This document shows, one piece after another, positions 13,183 to 24,387 of a stretch of 64,000 nucleotides of DNA. The stretch covers positions 4,016,084 through 4,080,083 of the forward strand of contig MU056050.1 of assembly GCA_013239625.1 (NCBI GenBank), read 5' to 3'. This DNA comes from Lama guanicoe (lineage: Eukaryota). The number at the start of each line of letters is the position of its first letter. Position 1 is the stretch's first letter. The notes under the pieces are model-generated. The model was not told where the DNA came from. It did no database searches and saw nothing but the letters and a program-made list of their open reading frames with translations. Position numbers and translations under genes: made by a program.

Positions 13183-13806
13183 TATGAGACAGGAAGGAAG
13201 GGGGCAGGGCACATCCATTCAAATAATGACACAACAATGAACACCAAGGTGGCAGAAAATTCAGCTCCCAGTAGGCCTTGAGGCCCAAGATAGCGGGAGA
13301 TTTGACTTCCAGTAGACCTTGAGCTTCATTATATGCTCATTGTAATAATATTAACATGTTAAATGGCACTTCCACAGGTGCCATGACAGTCCCAAGGCTA
13401 ACTATAAAAGATCAAAAAGTAGGCGGTGGCTCAGTTCCTGGGAATCCCAGCCCCTTCCCCAAAGTAGTTGGAATAATCCTCTCACTTGTTAGCATATGAA
13501 ATAACCAAGCCCATAAAAACTAACAACCCCCACACCTAGTGGCCACTCTCCCTCCTGAGTGAGACAGCCCATACTCTGTCTATAGAATGTGCATCTACTT
13601 TTACTTTAAATTAAGCTTCCAACCCCTACACCTCATGGCCTTTCTCTTGACTTCTGAAACATCCTGTACTCTGTCTATGGAGTATGTATCTCTCTGAATA
13701 AGTCTACCTTTACTCAACTGTGGCTCGCTCTTGAATTCTTTCCTGCATGAAGCCAAGGACCCCCTTGGTGGGGTGCATCCCAGGGACTCAACCAAGACCT
13801 GGGACA
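13183..13806 (+). mobile_element. MER41-like ERV1 solo LTR
   Basis: MER41-diagnostic segments (cattatatgctcattgtaat; ccatgacagt; gaataatcctctcacttgttagcatat; ctctgtctatggagta; tgaattctttcctgcatga). Ends TA(TG)...CA with near-TSD cagg/cagc. Inserted into L2. Confidence 0.85.
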
Positions 13807-13929
13807 CAGCTATCTACTCACCACACATTTTCCTGTATCAGATATGGTCAAGTGAAAATACGTGTAGCTTCCTATTATATTTTATTTTATTTAGGCCTTC
13901 TAGAATTCCATTTTTCCCTCTTCTCTGTA

Positions 13930-14035
13930 TTTTTGTATTGCCTCAAATAATACTAGACCCTCAATAAATATTGGAAGGAAGGGATCTAGGAATAGAAAAA
14001 AGGAAGGGAGGAAGGAAGGAAGGAAGGAAAGAAAG
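13930..14035 (+). mobile_element. L2 3' terminus with (GGAA)n tail
   Basis: ccctcaataaatattggaaggaagg followed by GGAA repeats; continues the L2 split by the LTR. Confidence 0.6.
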
Positions 14036-14284
14036 GACATAAATTCAAGGTGGTTTAGAAAGAATATTGAACGATAGATTCATAATGGGCTATTAATGGA
14101 AAAAATAATGATATTTAGGATAGCACATGTTGGTATTCTTATCTGGTTGTATAGGAAAAGAATGTCTCTTTTGGCACCATAGAGATCTACTTTACAGAGA
14201 TTCTTGGTTTGATTCAGTGCTTCATTCTTTATATTCTACTGAGTGTTTGGATTTGCATAGTGTTTTCTTGGGAGGAAGGTAAAC

Positions 14285-14465
14285 AACAATAATAATTTTA
14301 GTTCATGCTTCCTCATAACTACACTCTAAATTAGGAAAGGCAATTTTGTGTTGTCAAAGTTTCAAAAATAGAGAAACTGAGAAACAGAGAGTAAGTGATT
14401 TTTCCCAGAGTCACACTGCTATATGGCATCAGCAGTAGCACCAAAGCCAGATCTATTTATTCAAG
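14285..14465 (-). mobile_element. MIR SINE
   Basis: Antisense core agagaaactgagaaacagagagtaagtgatttttcccagagtcacac. Confidence 0.7.
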
Positions 14466-16238
14466 TCTTGTATTTTTTTTCAGCAAATCAGTGTGCCAAC
14501 ATGGTTCTGTTCTCTTAAACATCATTTACAATTTTTTTTTCAATTATTGAGGAAGTTTTTCTATTACAATGAATATTTTCACCAGATTTCAAGAAGAATC
14601 TGGCAATCATGTGGAGGGCTAAATTCTGGAAATTCACAGCTAAGGAAATTACATACTCTCCCAGTGACAGATGTTTTATTTAGAGAAAGGATGAGATACT
14701 GAGCAAGAGAGGGATGAAGAAATCCTTTCGTTTTAGTAAGCATTTCTGTGATCTCTTAGTATACAACTTAGCAAGTAACTGTTTCTGTGAAGTTACAATT
14801 ATCCTTTACACTTAATGACCACTTGAGATTATACATTGTGGTTATAGATGGCTGGGCTTACTTTCAACTCAGGGAATAAAGGAAGGAATCCATGCTGCAT
14901 TTTATTTACCAGTTAAGAGGAGAAGATTTGTTTTTCCAAGTAGTTGAAGACCCAGCATGCTTATTTTACAGAATATAGAGGAGATGTCTTTTCTATCTGT
15001 GGAAGTTCTTTTCTAATCAGCAAGGTCCAAATATGTTTTTGACACCTTTTGAAAAAGGAAATAACCCACAGAAATATTACTTCCATAAGAATATTCCAAT
15101 TCATTTGATTGGAATTTTCTGTACTTGTGCTGGAATAATGGGAAGCTGCTTACCAGGCATTATTTTGTCCTCACGCTATACCATTGATTCCAAATGCTAA
15201 TGTCTTAATTAGAGCCAGGACCAAAACTGGCAAGAGTGGCTTCATCCTTCTCACTTCCCATGGGAATATCATTGCCAGGACTTTTATAATTCTTCATAAA
15301 ATTCCAAATGGAGCCATGGGAAATGCTCTCAGGGGATTAAAGTGAAAGCCTGCTGCTGTTCCTTAGGAGGTATCTGCCCTACCTTCTAGGAAAATGTAAA
15401 ATTAAATTTTAATCAGTGGATCTGCAGAAGAGCTTTGGTGCACTTAGGGCCCCAAGAAAAATTAGATTTAAATTATCCTGAAGGTAATCCCTGCTGAAAA
15501 CAAGGAAAACAACAACAAAATAATATGAAACAAAACAACAACAACAAAATAGTAGAAATTCTGTTATCAGGCTCCAGAATTGTATTCTTAAAATATTTCT
15601 CATTTATATTGCACCTATCAGGCCAGTGCTTCCCTAGGTGCCTTACATATAAAAATGCAATTTAAAACAGCTAAAGTAAAAACTCCTCAGAACTGTGATT
15701 ATATTATCCCTTTCAGAATTCTCAGACTTTCTCCTAACTCTCCAGCTGGAGACAAACAATGGAAAACATTTTCACTCTCAAAACACAGACATATTTTGCA
15801 ACAAGCTTTGAGTATTAAAATTGATGGCAGTAAAGGGGTTGTTTAAAATTGCCAGTTTCTCTCCAACATAGGGAGTAAGACTTTGAAGCTAGTAAAGCCA
15901 AGTTGATATTTAGCTATCTATTTCTTTGAATTACATGAGGAAAAATTATTACACTTTACATATAGTTGATAATTTTTCATGAACAAATAATACTTCATTG
16001 AATTCTGTCTCAATGTTAGTTCTCAGGGTACAAAGATGAGTAAGATGCCTGTCCTAAAGGTATGTAAAACAAACAAACACAAATTACAAAAGAGTGTAAA
16101 TGCTGTGTAGAGAGTAGCACAGGACATCAAGAAAGCACTAAGGAGGTTTTCTGACTCTGATTTGGATGCAGTCATATTTTTAAAAATTTAGATCGATTTC
16201 AAGTTGAGGCCTCGGCTCAAAATGGTTGATGTTAATGC

Positions 16239-17259
16239 CAGTATCATCCTTTGACTTAGGCAAAAGGAGGCCCCTGCCCCGGATTCAGGACCCCGCCCTG
16301 GCCCTACTCTAGCCACACCTCTTTGCCTAGGGAGGGGGATCTGCAAAACCAACTGTGTATTCACTTCAAATATGTGCCATCTCTTTCCAGACTGCTCAAG
16401 TTACTCAAGACCCTAGAATTTCTTGTTCAAATGGTACCCAATCCACTTCCAGAATCTAATCAGGCCTTTTTTCTTGAGTCTTTCTGAGGCTACTGTTTGT
16501 GGGAGGTATGGATAAAGCTTTGTTTTGCAGGCTGGAGTAACCACACTTACACATACATGTGAAAATAAATGACGATAACTCAAATGAGAACAGAGGCTAC
16601 TTATTCAGAACTTGCTATAGCCAGGGCGTCAGCCACCTTCACTAATGTTTAGCAGTGACTCAAAGGCAGGCAAAGGAGTAGGAAATCTGTATCATGAAAA
16701 AAGGGACGATTTCAGGTGTGCTCTGATGGGAGGATATTGGTATGAGAAAGTGTTAGATGTGTTCATTAGAAGCAGGGTATCTGTTTGGGGAGAATATTTG
16801 GCATTCTCTAATCGGTCCTGAATAGGAAGTGGAGGCAAAACTTAGGGAAGCTGACAGTTATTAATCAAGGACTGACCATTCTGGGCTGATTGCAGCAGAG
16901 GTTATGGATTAGTGTCCTACTGTCATGTATGGTCTGGCCATTGTTTGTTTGTATATTTAGACTCACACATGAGGACCCTCAAGTGCTGGATGTGACTGGT
17001 GGAGGGAAGATGACTGTGAAAACTTTTCACTCACTATAGCACATTCATACATGGAACAAGACCAAAAATTCCCAGTTTCAGCCTGTTCTTCCAGATCTTT
17101 ATGCAAGTGTATTTGTCAACATAGGAGAGTACAACGTATTTTATTTAATATTTGATATTTTAGTATCTTGATTTATACATTTTAAATATCTTTGTATATG
17201 TTATATGAGCTTCCACTTTTACTTTTACTCTGAGCCTCACAAACATTCAGAAAGGCCTG
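16239..17259 (+). mobile_element. MER96B-like hAT-Tip100 non-autonomous DNA transposon, split by an LTR
   Basis: 5' part aggcaaaaggaggcccctgccccgg. 3' part gcctgttcttccag...tatttgtcaacataggag...aacgtattttattta...aggcctg. Degenerate 8-bp TSD gttaatgc/gcagatgc. Confidence 0.7.
16560..16967 (-). mobile_element. MER89/MER90-like ERV1 solo LTR
   Basis: Reverse strand reads TG...aatatacaaacaaacaatggccagaccata...gcctgcctttgagtc...gctatagcaagttctgaataag...CA. Candidate TSD CATG at 16556-16559 and 16968-16971. Confidence 0.75.
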
Positions 17260-17619
17260 GCAGATGCACCAGAGAACTCTATTGCATTGGCTCCTTCCAT
17301 CAGTCTCCTGCTTGCATGAATTCTGGCACTTAATGCAGTCTACAGATGAGAATGCTAAAGGTGATGCTGAGGGTGCTGGTTAAAGATATTCTCGAGGTAG
17401 AGCATTCAGCAGTGAATAACAGAGCATAGTGTGGACAGCTCAGAAACCACAGCTAGAACTGCCCGCGCAGATCTGACCACACTTCCCGCCATCATTATTC
17501 AATCCATTGTTCCACCAGTCTGGATTCATTCATTTTATTAATTTAGTTTTTACTAAGTACTGTAAGATAAATTATATCACTTTCTTTTCTGAAAAATCCC
17601 TGATAATTTTCCTGTGCCT

Positions 17620-18183
17620 TGGTAGGGGAGCAAAATTTGCCACCCCAAAATGCCTCATTGGCATGAGGATTATTTATAGCTGAAAAGAATCAAGGTCCAA
17701 AAGACTCAGGAAGAACCTTTAACCTTCCCAGCTAACTGCCTGAAAGAATTTAGATAGACGACCTGTTCCAGGAAGGGGAGCTATCACAGTAGATAACTGT
17801 AGTATGAACTAGTTGTGTAGACAAGGAGGAACTAACCAAGTCTGTTTGTTAAAATTCCCCTATGTCCCATTGTCTTCATGGCCCAGCAAACACTTGTTTA
17901 CCAACATTTGCTTTTCCATCTCTCTATCAGTTGCCTTCCTCCCCTTTGAAGTCCCAAACCACTATTCCTAACATCTTCCTTTCTCTTTAGCTGAAGATGG
18001 TGTTTAAGATGAGGACTTTGGCTGTTTTGGTCAGTTACTCAGTTCTCCTGGGTCTTTCCCACATATACATATTATTAATTTTTTTGTATGATTTTTTCCT
18101 GTTAACCTGTCTCATGTTAATTTAATTCTTAGACCAACCAGAGGAACCTAGAAGGGTAGAGAAAAATTTCTTCCTCCCTGACA
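17620..18183 (+). mobile_element. MER34-like ERV1 solo LTR
   Basis: Start gtaggggagcaaaatttgccaccccaaaatgcc...ggcatgaggattattt; end gggtagagaaaaatttcttcctccctgaca. Flanked by L2-like sequence. Confidence 0.8.
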
Positions 18184-20138
18184 CATGCAAGTTTAAGTTA
18201 AACTCCTGGACTGTCATTATTTGACACCAATTGACCTTAACCATTCATCTTAGGCCACTTTTTCTGTGCATGCAACAAGTAAGGCACATTAAATGTCTCA
18301 CTATTTCCCTGATGTTCCAGGCCTTTCACAAGTCTTTGGTTACAGACATGATACCCCCTCTACTTCAGAGGCCTGGTTTCTACTCTGCTTGGCAAACTAG
18401 CACTCATTCATCATCAGTGTCTTCCTACCCACTTGTTTCTTACTCTCTTGCTTTAAACAACAGATTTCATCTCTTAGATGAAAGAAAAAAATGACCCTAA
18501 AGACCCCTAATATAGATCAAATGTACCTGATTTGTAGAGTTTGTTTGTTCCCCAAAGGTGGCATTAGCCAATTCTCCCAAAATGTGGGCATAATAGTCTG
18601 CTTCATTGTAGCACTTAAATACCTCTTTTGTACTCACCTTCCTACATATCAGTATTTTGACTTTATTCCAAAGCCTGAAAATGTAGGAAATCTGCTTTAT
18701 TTATCTCTCCTGGAATATAATAGGTATTAAGTAAATGTTTGCTGAATTGAATAAAGATAAAAGGTCAGAAAAAGTTCATTTAGTCTTGTAGCATGACACC
18801 AAAGAAATTTTGCAGAAAAAGATTATGCTCATTCTCTATGACCATTAATAGATCAATCTCAAGATTATAGGAATGCTTAAAATCCCCTCTTCTTGACATA
18901 ATGTGAATCTATCATCTATAGATATATTAAAAGCTCAGGAAAAATATAGACTGTTTAAAATGTTTAATACCTTAAAAATGTAGTTACATTGTCTTTAATA
19001 TCTTCCTTCATCCTTCATCTTTCCTTCAGAGTTAATCCTTGAAGACACAGTTCTGGTCACACCCCTCTACTCAGTATGCTCATTCTTTCCCAGCTCTGTC
19101 TTTTCTAAAGTAATGCCATTTGCTTGGGACACCCTGAAATCCCTGCCTATACTTCAAGGCTCAGCACAAATATCAACTCCTTTCTAAAGCTCTCCCAGAT
19201 TTGCCAAACCAGAATTAATCAAATCCACTTCCCTGGAGTGACTGTGCTAACATATTTACTGCCTAAAATATAATTAGGCACTCAATAAAAGATGACTATA
19301 CTGCATGTTCTGACAACTCAAACCATTTCCTTTGTAGTTGCAAGCTTTTATAGTCAGTCCAGCGACAGTGCAAAATATTGGAGACAGAGATCTTGTCACC
19401 TCTAGAAAGCTTTTGTTTACTTTTGTGGAAGTTTTTATACCTGTAATCAACCAAACCTATGATTTGTGAGCTATGCAGGTTTCTTACCTCTTTGCAAGTT
19501 ATTGTCCCGTTTGGAAGAGAAAACCCCCTAAGTAGGAACTACTGCCTTGACCCTCACTATACATGTGTTGTTGTTCACTTGTGTGACCATCTTGTCATAC
19601 TTATGTCAGTTCTCTTTTCTGACCTTGATGATCAGTCATTGTTCCCAAGCACAGCTAGCTAATTTGTGGTTGGTATTCACTGCTTAGAACAAACTGGGAG
19701 GCTTGAATCGATTGCTTTGTTATTAATTTATCTAGTTTGCCACATAAAGATATACAAATTTAGGATTAATGCCTTAGTGCAAGACTTAGGGCCTGTAAAT
19801 ATAACCTATATCCGTGTCTTCTAAAACCCAGTTCTGCTACCTGACTCTCCATAGCTCATTCCATACGTCATGAGAACTTGTTTTAAGGAAAATATAAAAT
19901 TAGTGTATTTTAGCTTCCTGCTCAGAGGTGTGTACACTCCAAATCAAGTTATGTGTGTTAATGCCCTGTCAGTGATGTGAAACCCAGAGATATAAGCAGA
20001 GAAATTGAGAGACTAAACATATAACTCTAGCGAAAATTTAAAATTATTCTGGACTCACCTAAAAATCCCCTACCTTCAAGACCTTTTTCCAAAAGCTCCA
20101 CATTTTTCTTCCTGGGATAAAAAGCAAGATGCTTTTTT

Positions 20139-20294
20139 AAATTTTTTATTTGTTTTAGTTAGTTGGTTTTTTTTTCAGGGGGGTGGTAACTAGGTTCATT
20201 TATTTATTTATTTTTAATGGAGGTACTGGGGATTGAACCCACGACCTTGTGCATGCTAAGCATGCACTCTACCGCTTGAGCTATACCCTTCCCC
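20139..20294 (-). mobile_element. vic-1-like tRNA-Ala-derived SINE
   Basis: Reverse reads GGGGAAGGGTATAGCTCAAGCGGTAGAG...GGTTCAATCCCCAGTACCTCC (A and B boxes) plus A-rich tail. 13-bp TSD AAGATGCTTTTTT at 20126-20138 and 20295-20307. Confidence 0.92.
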
Positions 20295-20449
20295 AAGATG
20301 CTTTTTTTTTTAAATAAATAATTGTACAAATGAGGTTAGTGTATCTAATAAGTAGGAAGTTGTCTACCAGGCAGAGTAGAAGTGAATTTTTCTGCTAAAG
20401 AACTTGGAAAGTAATCCTGCAGGAAAGTAGATTGCAGACAACAGGAAAA

Positions 20450-23400
20450 CCTCAGATTTGGGACATTTTCAGCCATTATTTCTTCAAATATTTTCTCTGC
20501 ATTATCCTTTTTCTCACCTACTTTAGAAACTTAAGTGACACAAGTGTTAGATGTTTTATTATTGTTCCACAGGTCCCTGGGTCTCTATTTATTTTTCATC
20601 CTTTATCTCTTTGTTTTTCAGATTTCTACTGACTCACCTTCAAGTGCACTGACTTTAGTCTTTCATCTCCAGTCTGCCATAGAGCCCATGCAGTGAAATT
20701 TTTTATTACAGGTATTGTGTTTGTCAGTTCTAATTTTTATGTTTTCGTTCTTTTTAAAAAATAATTTCTATATGTCTGCTGAAAACTTTTCCTGATTTAA
20801 GAATGTCACATTAATCCCATGTAAGATGACTCTAATAGCTGCCTTAAAGTCTTTGGTAATTCCAATATCTTGGTTGTTTTGGGGGTTGGCATCTGTATTT
20901 TACCTTGAGAACTGGTTACATTTTCCTGGTTCTTTGTATGTTGAGTAATTTCGGATTGTATCTTGAACATTTTGAAAATTATGTTGAGAGACTCTAGGCT
21001 ATATTAAAATCTTGGATGATGCTGATTTTTTGTTTCGAGAAAGAGTCAATCCAATTAGGTTGAGGTCAATGTTTTGTCTATCTTGACTTCAGTGGGTAGT
21101 AGCTTTAATGTCAATTCAGTGTACAAGCCATACTCTCTGGGCAAGTCTTTCCCATGAACCCTTCAGAGGTTCATCTGGAATTTACATGATAGTTAATGTT
21201 GTACTTCAGCTACCAAAGCCTTTTATTTCTTTCTTTGGTTTTGTTCTACACATTCACAACTTGAGAATGAGCTTGGGACATGTGCTGATTCATACACAAA
21301 ATTAGAGAAACCCTCTATCTCTCCCATTCCCAGGATTTTTCTCACACTTGACAGTTTCCAGAGGATCCTTTTCTTTGCCTTATGGTTAGAAATCTGAGAC
21401 TTCTCTGAGAGATTTTGCCCCCTGCCGTGTCATACATTTCTGCAAGACTGAGCATGCACTTAAAATGAAGGAACTAAAGATAACAGATGATAGAGTTTTC
21501 CCCTCTGCATTCACCTAGCAGGTGCCTCTTTCCAAATTTCTCTATTCAGAGAAATGGGCTTTCTCTCAGAGTTTGAGACCATGTGCCTCCACTACAATAG
21601 GTCTGTAGCTGACTCAGAGCAAGGCTTAGGAGAGAGAAAATAAAAAGAGGGGGACTCCTGCACACTCTCCAGTTTACATTTCCCAGTCCTCTTTGTTTTT
21701 TCTTCATAACATTATATGGATTTCTGCATAGAAGTTTTGTACAGTTTTCAATGGTTCTTTTCCCCAAGATAGTTGATGTGTTTTGACATGATGGTAAATA
21801 ATTTCTCTCATATCTCTATAAAATTTTTTCTCTTTTGTTCTTCAATATAGAATTAAATTTTTAAAAATTATACTGTGTGCAGAAACCATAAGTGTGCTTC
21901 CAATGATTAATTTGTGGGTTATTTTGCATTTACCACATATTCATTGCTAGCATAGGGAATGAGAGTTTTATTTATTCCTTTCCAGTTACTTAATACTACT
22001 TCTTTTCCTTTCCTTAATGCAGTGGTAAGGACTTTCAGTTTGATGTTCAAGATTAGTAGTAGTTGACTAAGGGATTGCTCTGGGAGTTGAGGCCTTAATA
22101 TCTTAGTACATTAAAAATGCCTCCGTTTACTTTAACTTCATATATTTTGGAATATCCATCTTAAAAAAGAAAGAGCAGTAGCAGTTGTTGCAGGTATGCT
22201 TGTATTTTCTAGATTATAAAGGTGGACATAAATCAACTCAGTATTAAGTATGATGTTTGCTGTTAAGTTTTGATAGCTTCCCTTTATAAGATTAAAGAAG
22301 TTCTATTCAATTCCTAGCTTAAGAATTTTTTAAACCACAAATAAGTGTAACATTTTGTCAAATATTGTCAGCATTAATTAAGATGTTCATATGATTTTCT
22401 CTTTCAAAATGTTATTGTGTTATATTAGCTTGTTGTTTAAATGCTTAATCAATCTTAGATTCCTGAAAGAAAACAATATGGTTATGAGGTATTATCCTTT
22501 TTATATATTATTGAATTTATTTTGTTAAATGTTGCTTAGGATTTTTGCAGTAATGTTTATGAATGACGGGGTGTATAATTCATCCTTCCTTGTAATTTGC
22601 TTGTCATATTTTGTTATCAAAATGATGCTGGAATAATATAAAAAGTTGAGAGAGAAGTTCTTCATTTCTTATTCTCCATAAGAACTTGTGTACGATCAAA
22701 ATAATTTCTTCCTTAAATATCTGATGAATTTCATCATATCATTCATCCATGCCTGGAATTTTCTTCGTGGGAAAGTTTTCAAATTATAAAGCAATTCTTT
22801 TAATATGTACTGGAGTATTTGTAATTTCTATTTATTCTTGCATCCATTTTATAATTTATTTGTCTGATACTTCGTCCATCTCATCTAAATGTTTTGATTA
22901 TTGGCATGAAGTGGTTCATAACATTACATTATGATTTTTAGTAACTTTGAGATCTGTAGTAAAGTTCCCTTTTGTATTTGTGATATTGATTACATGTGCC
23001 TTCTTCTGCTTGTCTTCATCAGTCTTCAGATCTCAATTTTAACTTTATTTTCTATTTTTATTTTTGGTGTAATCTTTATTTTTTTCTTATAGTTTTCATT
23101 GAGTTTAATTTGTTGCTATTTTTTAATTCTTGAGATCACCTCACGTTTTTTAGACTTTCTTATTTTCTAAAATACTAATTTAAAAGTACATATTTCAGTT
23201 TGAGCATGGATTTAGCTAGATCCTCACATATTTTATTCTATGTTATTTTCATTTAGCTAGAAATACTATCTAATACTCAATATGCTTTATTCTTTGACCT
23301 AGAGGTTATTTTGACATGCATTTTGTAATTTTCACACAGATAAGAATTTCTGGGTATTATTCTCTTATTGATGTTTAGCTTAATTTTTGCTATGGTCAGA

Positions 23401-23720
23401 CAATAAACTGTTGAAAGTTCAAATTTACCAATGGTCCAATGCATGTTCAATTTTGACAACTATTCTGTGGGTTCTAGAAGTGAACATGCATTCTGCGATT
23501 GTTGGGTACAAGGTTCTATAATGACATTAACATAAAGTCTACTAATCATGTTGCTTAAAATGCGTAGATCATGTCTAATTTTTTTGGTATATTTTGCTAT
23601 CTGAAATGTATCTATTGAATTGGTGGATTGGTCTATTTCTCCATTTTGTTCTATTGACATTTACTTAATATATTTTAAGGAAGATTTGTCATTTGTTGCC
23701 TACAAATTTAGAATTGTTAT
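20450..23720 (-). mobile_element. Old L1 ORF1/5' and ORF2 fragments
   Basis: Antisense L1 motifs (tttgggacattttcagccattatttcttcaaatatt; tattaagtatgatgtttgctg; attctgcgattgttgggt). Confidence 0.75.
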
Positions 23721-23894
23721 ATTTTCCTAGCGAATAATCCTGTTTTACAAAGTGGCTCTACCATTTTGCATTCCCATGAACAGTGTATAAGAGTTCTGTT
23801 CATCCTACATACTTGTCAATATTTAGTTTTGTCCGTCTTTTTGTCCATTTTTTTCTCTATGACTAGTAACTTTGAGCTTTTTTATGTATTTTGT

Positions 23895-24387
23895 TTATCA
23901 CTTACACTGAAAAAGATTATAGAAAGAAAAGAAGTATGGTTTCACAACTCACTGTTCTTTTTCTTTTAGGTTCTTCTTTACTCATCAGTAAGCCAAAAGT
24001 AGAGAGTGTTGGTATAACATGCACATATCAATAAGTGTACTGGAAACTCTTAATTTAGACAGTGTTTCTACTGCTCTGATAAGAACAAATATATATACAC
24101 GTATAAGCTATAAAATGTCAATGATTCCATATACAAAAGTAATGCTCTTGTATTTACATTTAAAACTGGCATTATAAATAATGATAAAATTCATTCTTAT
24201 AATTTAAAATTTTAATTTTTTCTTAGAACCACAATTGCTTCTGTGATATTTAATGCATAACAAAATGTTTTTAAAGGAATAAATTTTATATATTTATACC
24301 TTTAATAGCATATTTCTCTTGTTTTTTGATTAAGGGCTCCACATTTCCATTTTGTACTTGGACCTACAAATTACGTTGCTGGCCCTG
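23895..24387 (+). mobile_element. MER45-like hAT-Tip100 DNA transposon inserted in L1
   Basis: Terminal segment aagggctccacatttccattttgtacttggacctacaaattacgttgctggccctg matches the MER45 end. L1 sequence resumes on both sides. Left boundary uncertain. Confidence 0.7.
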
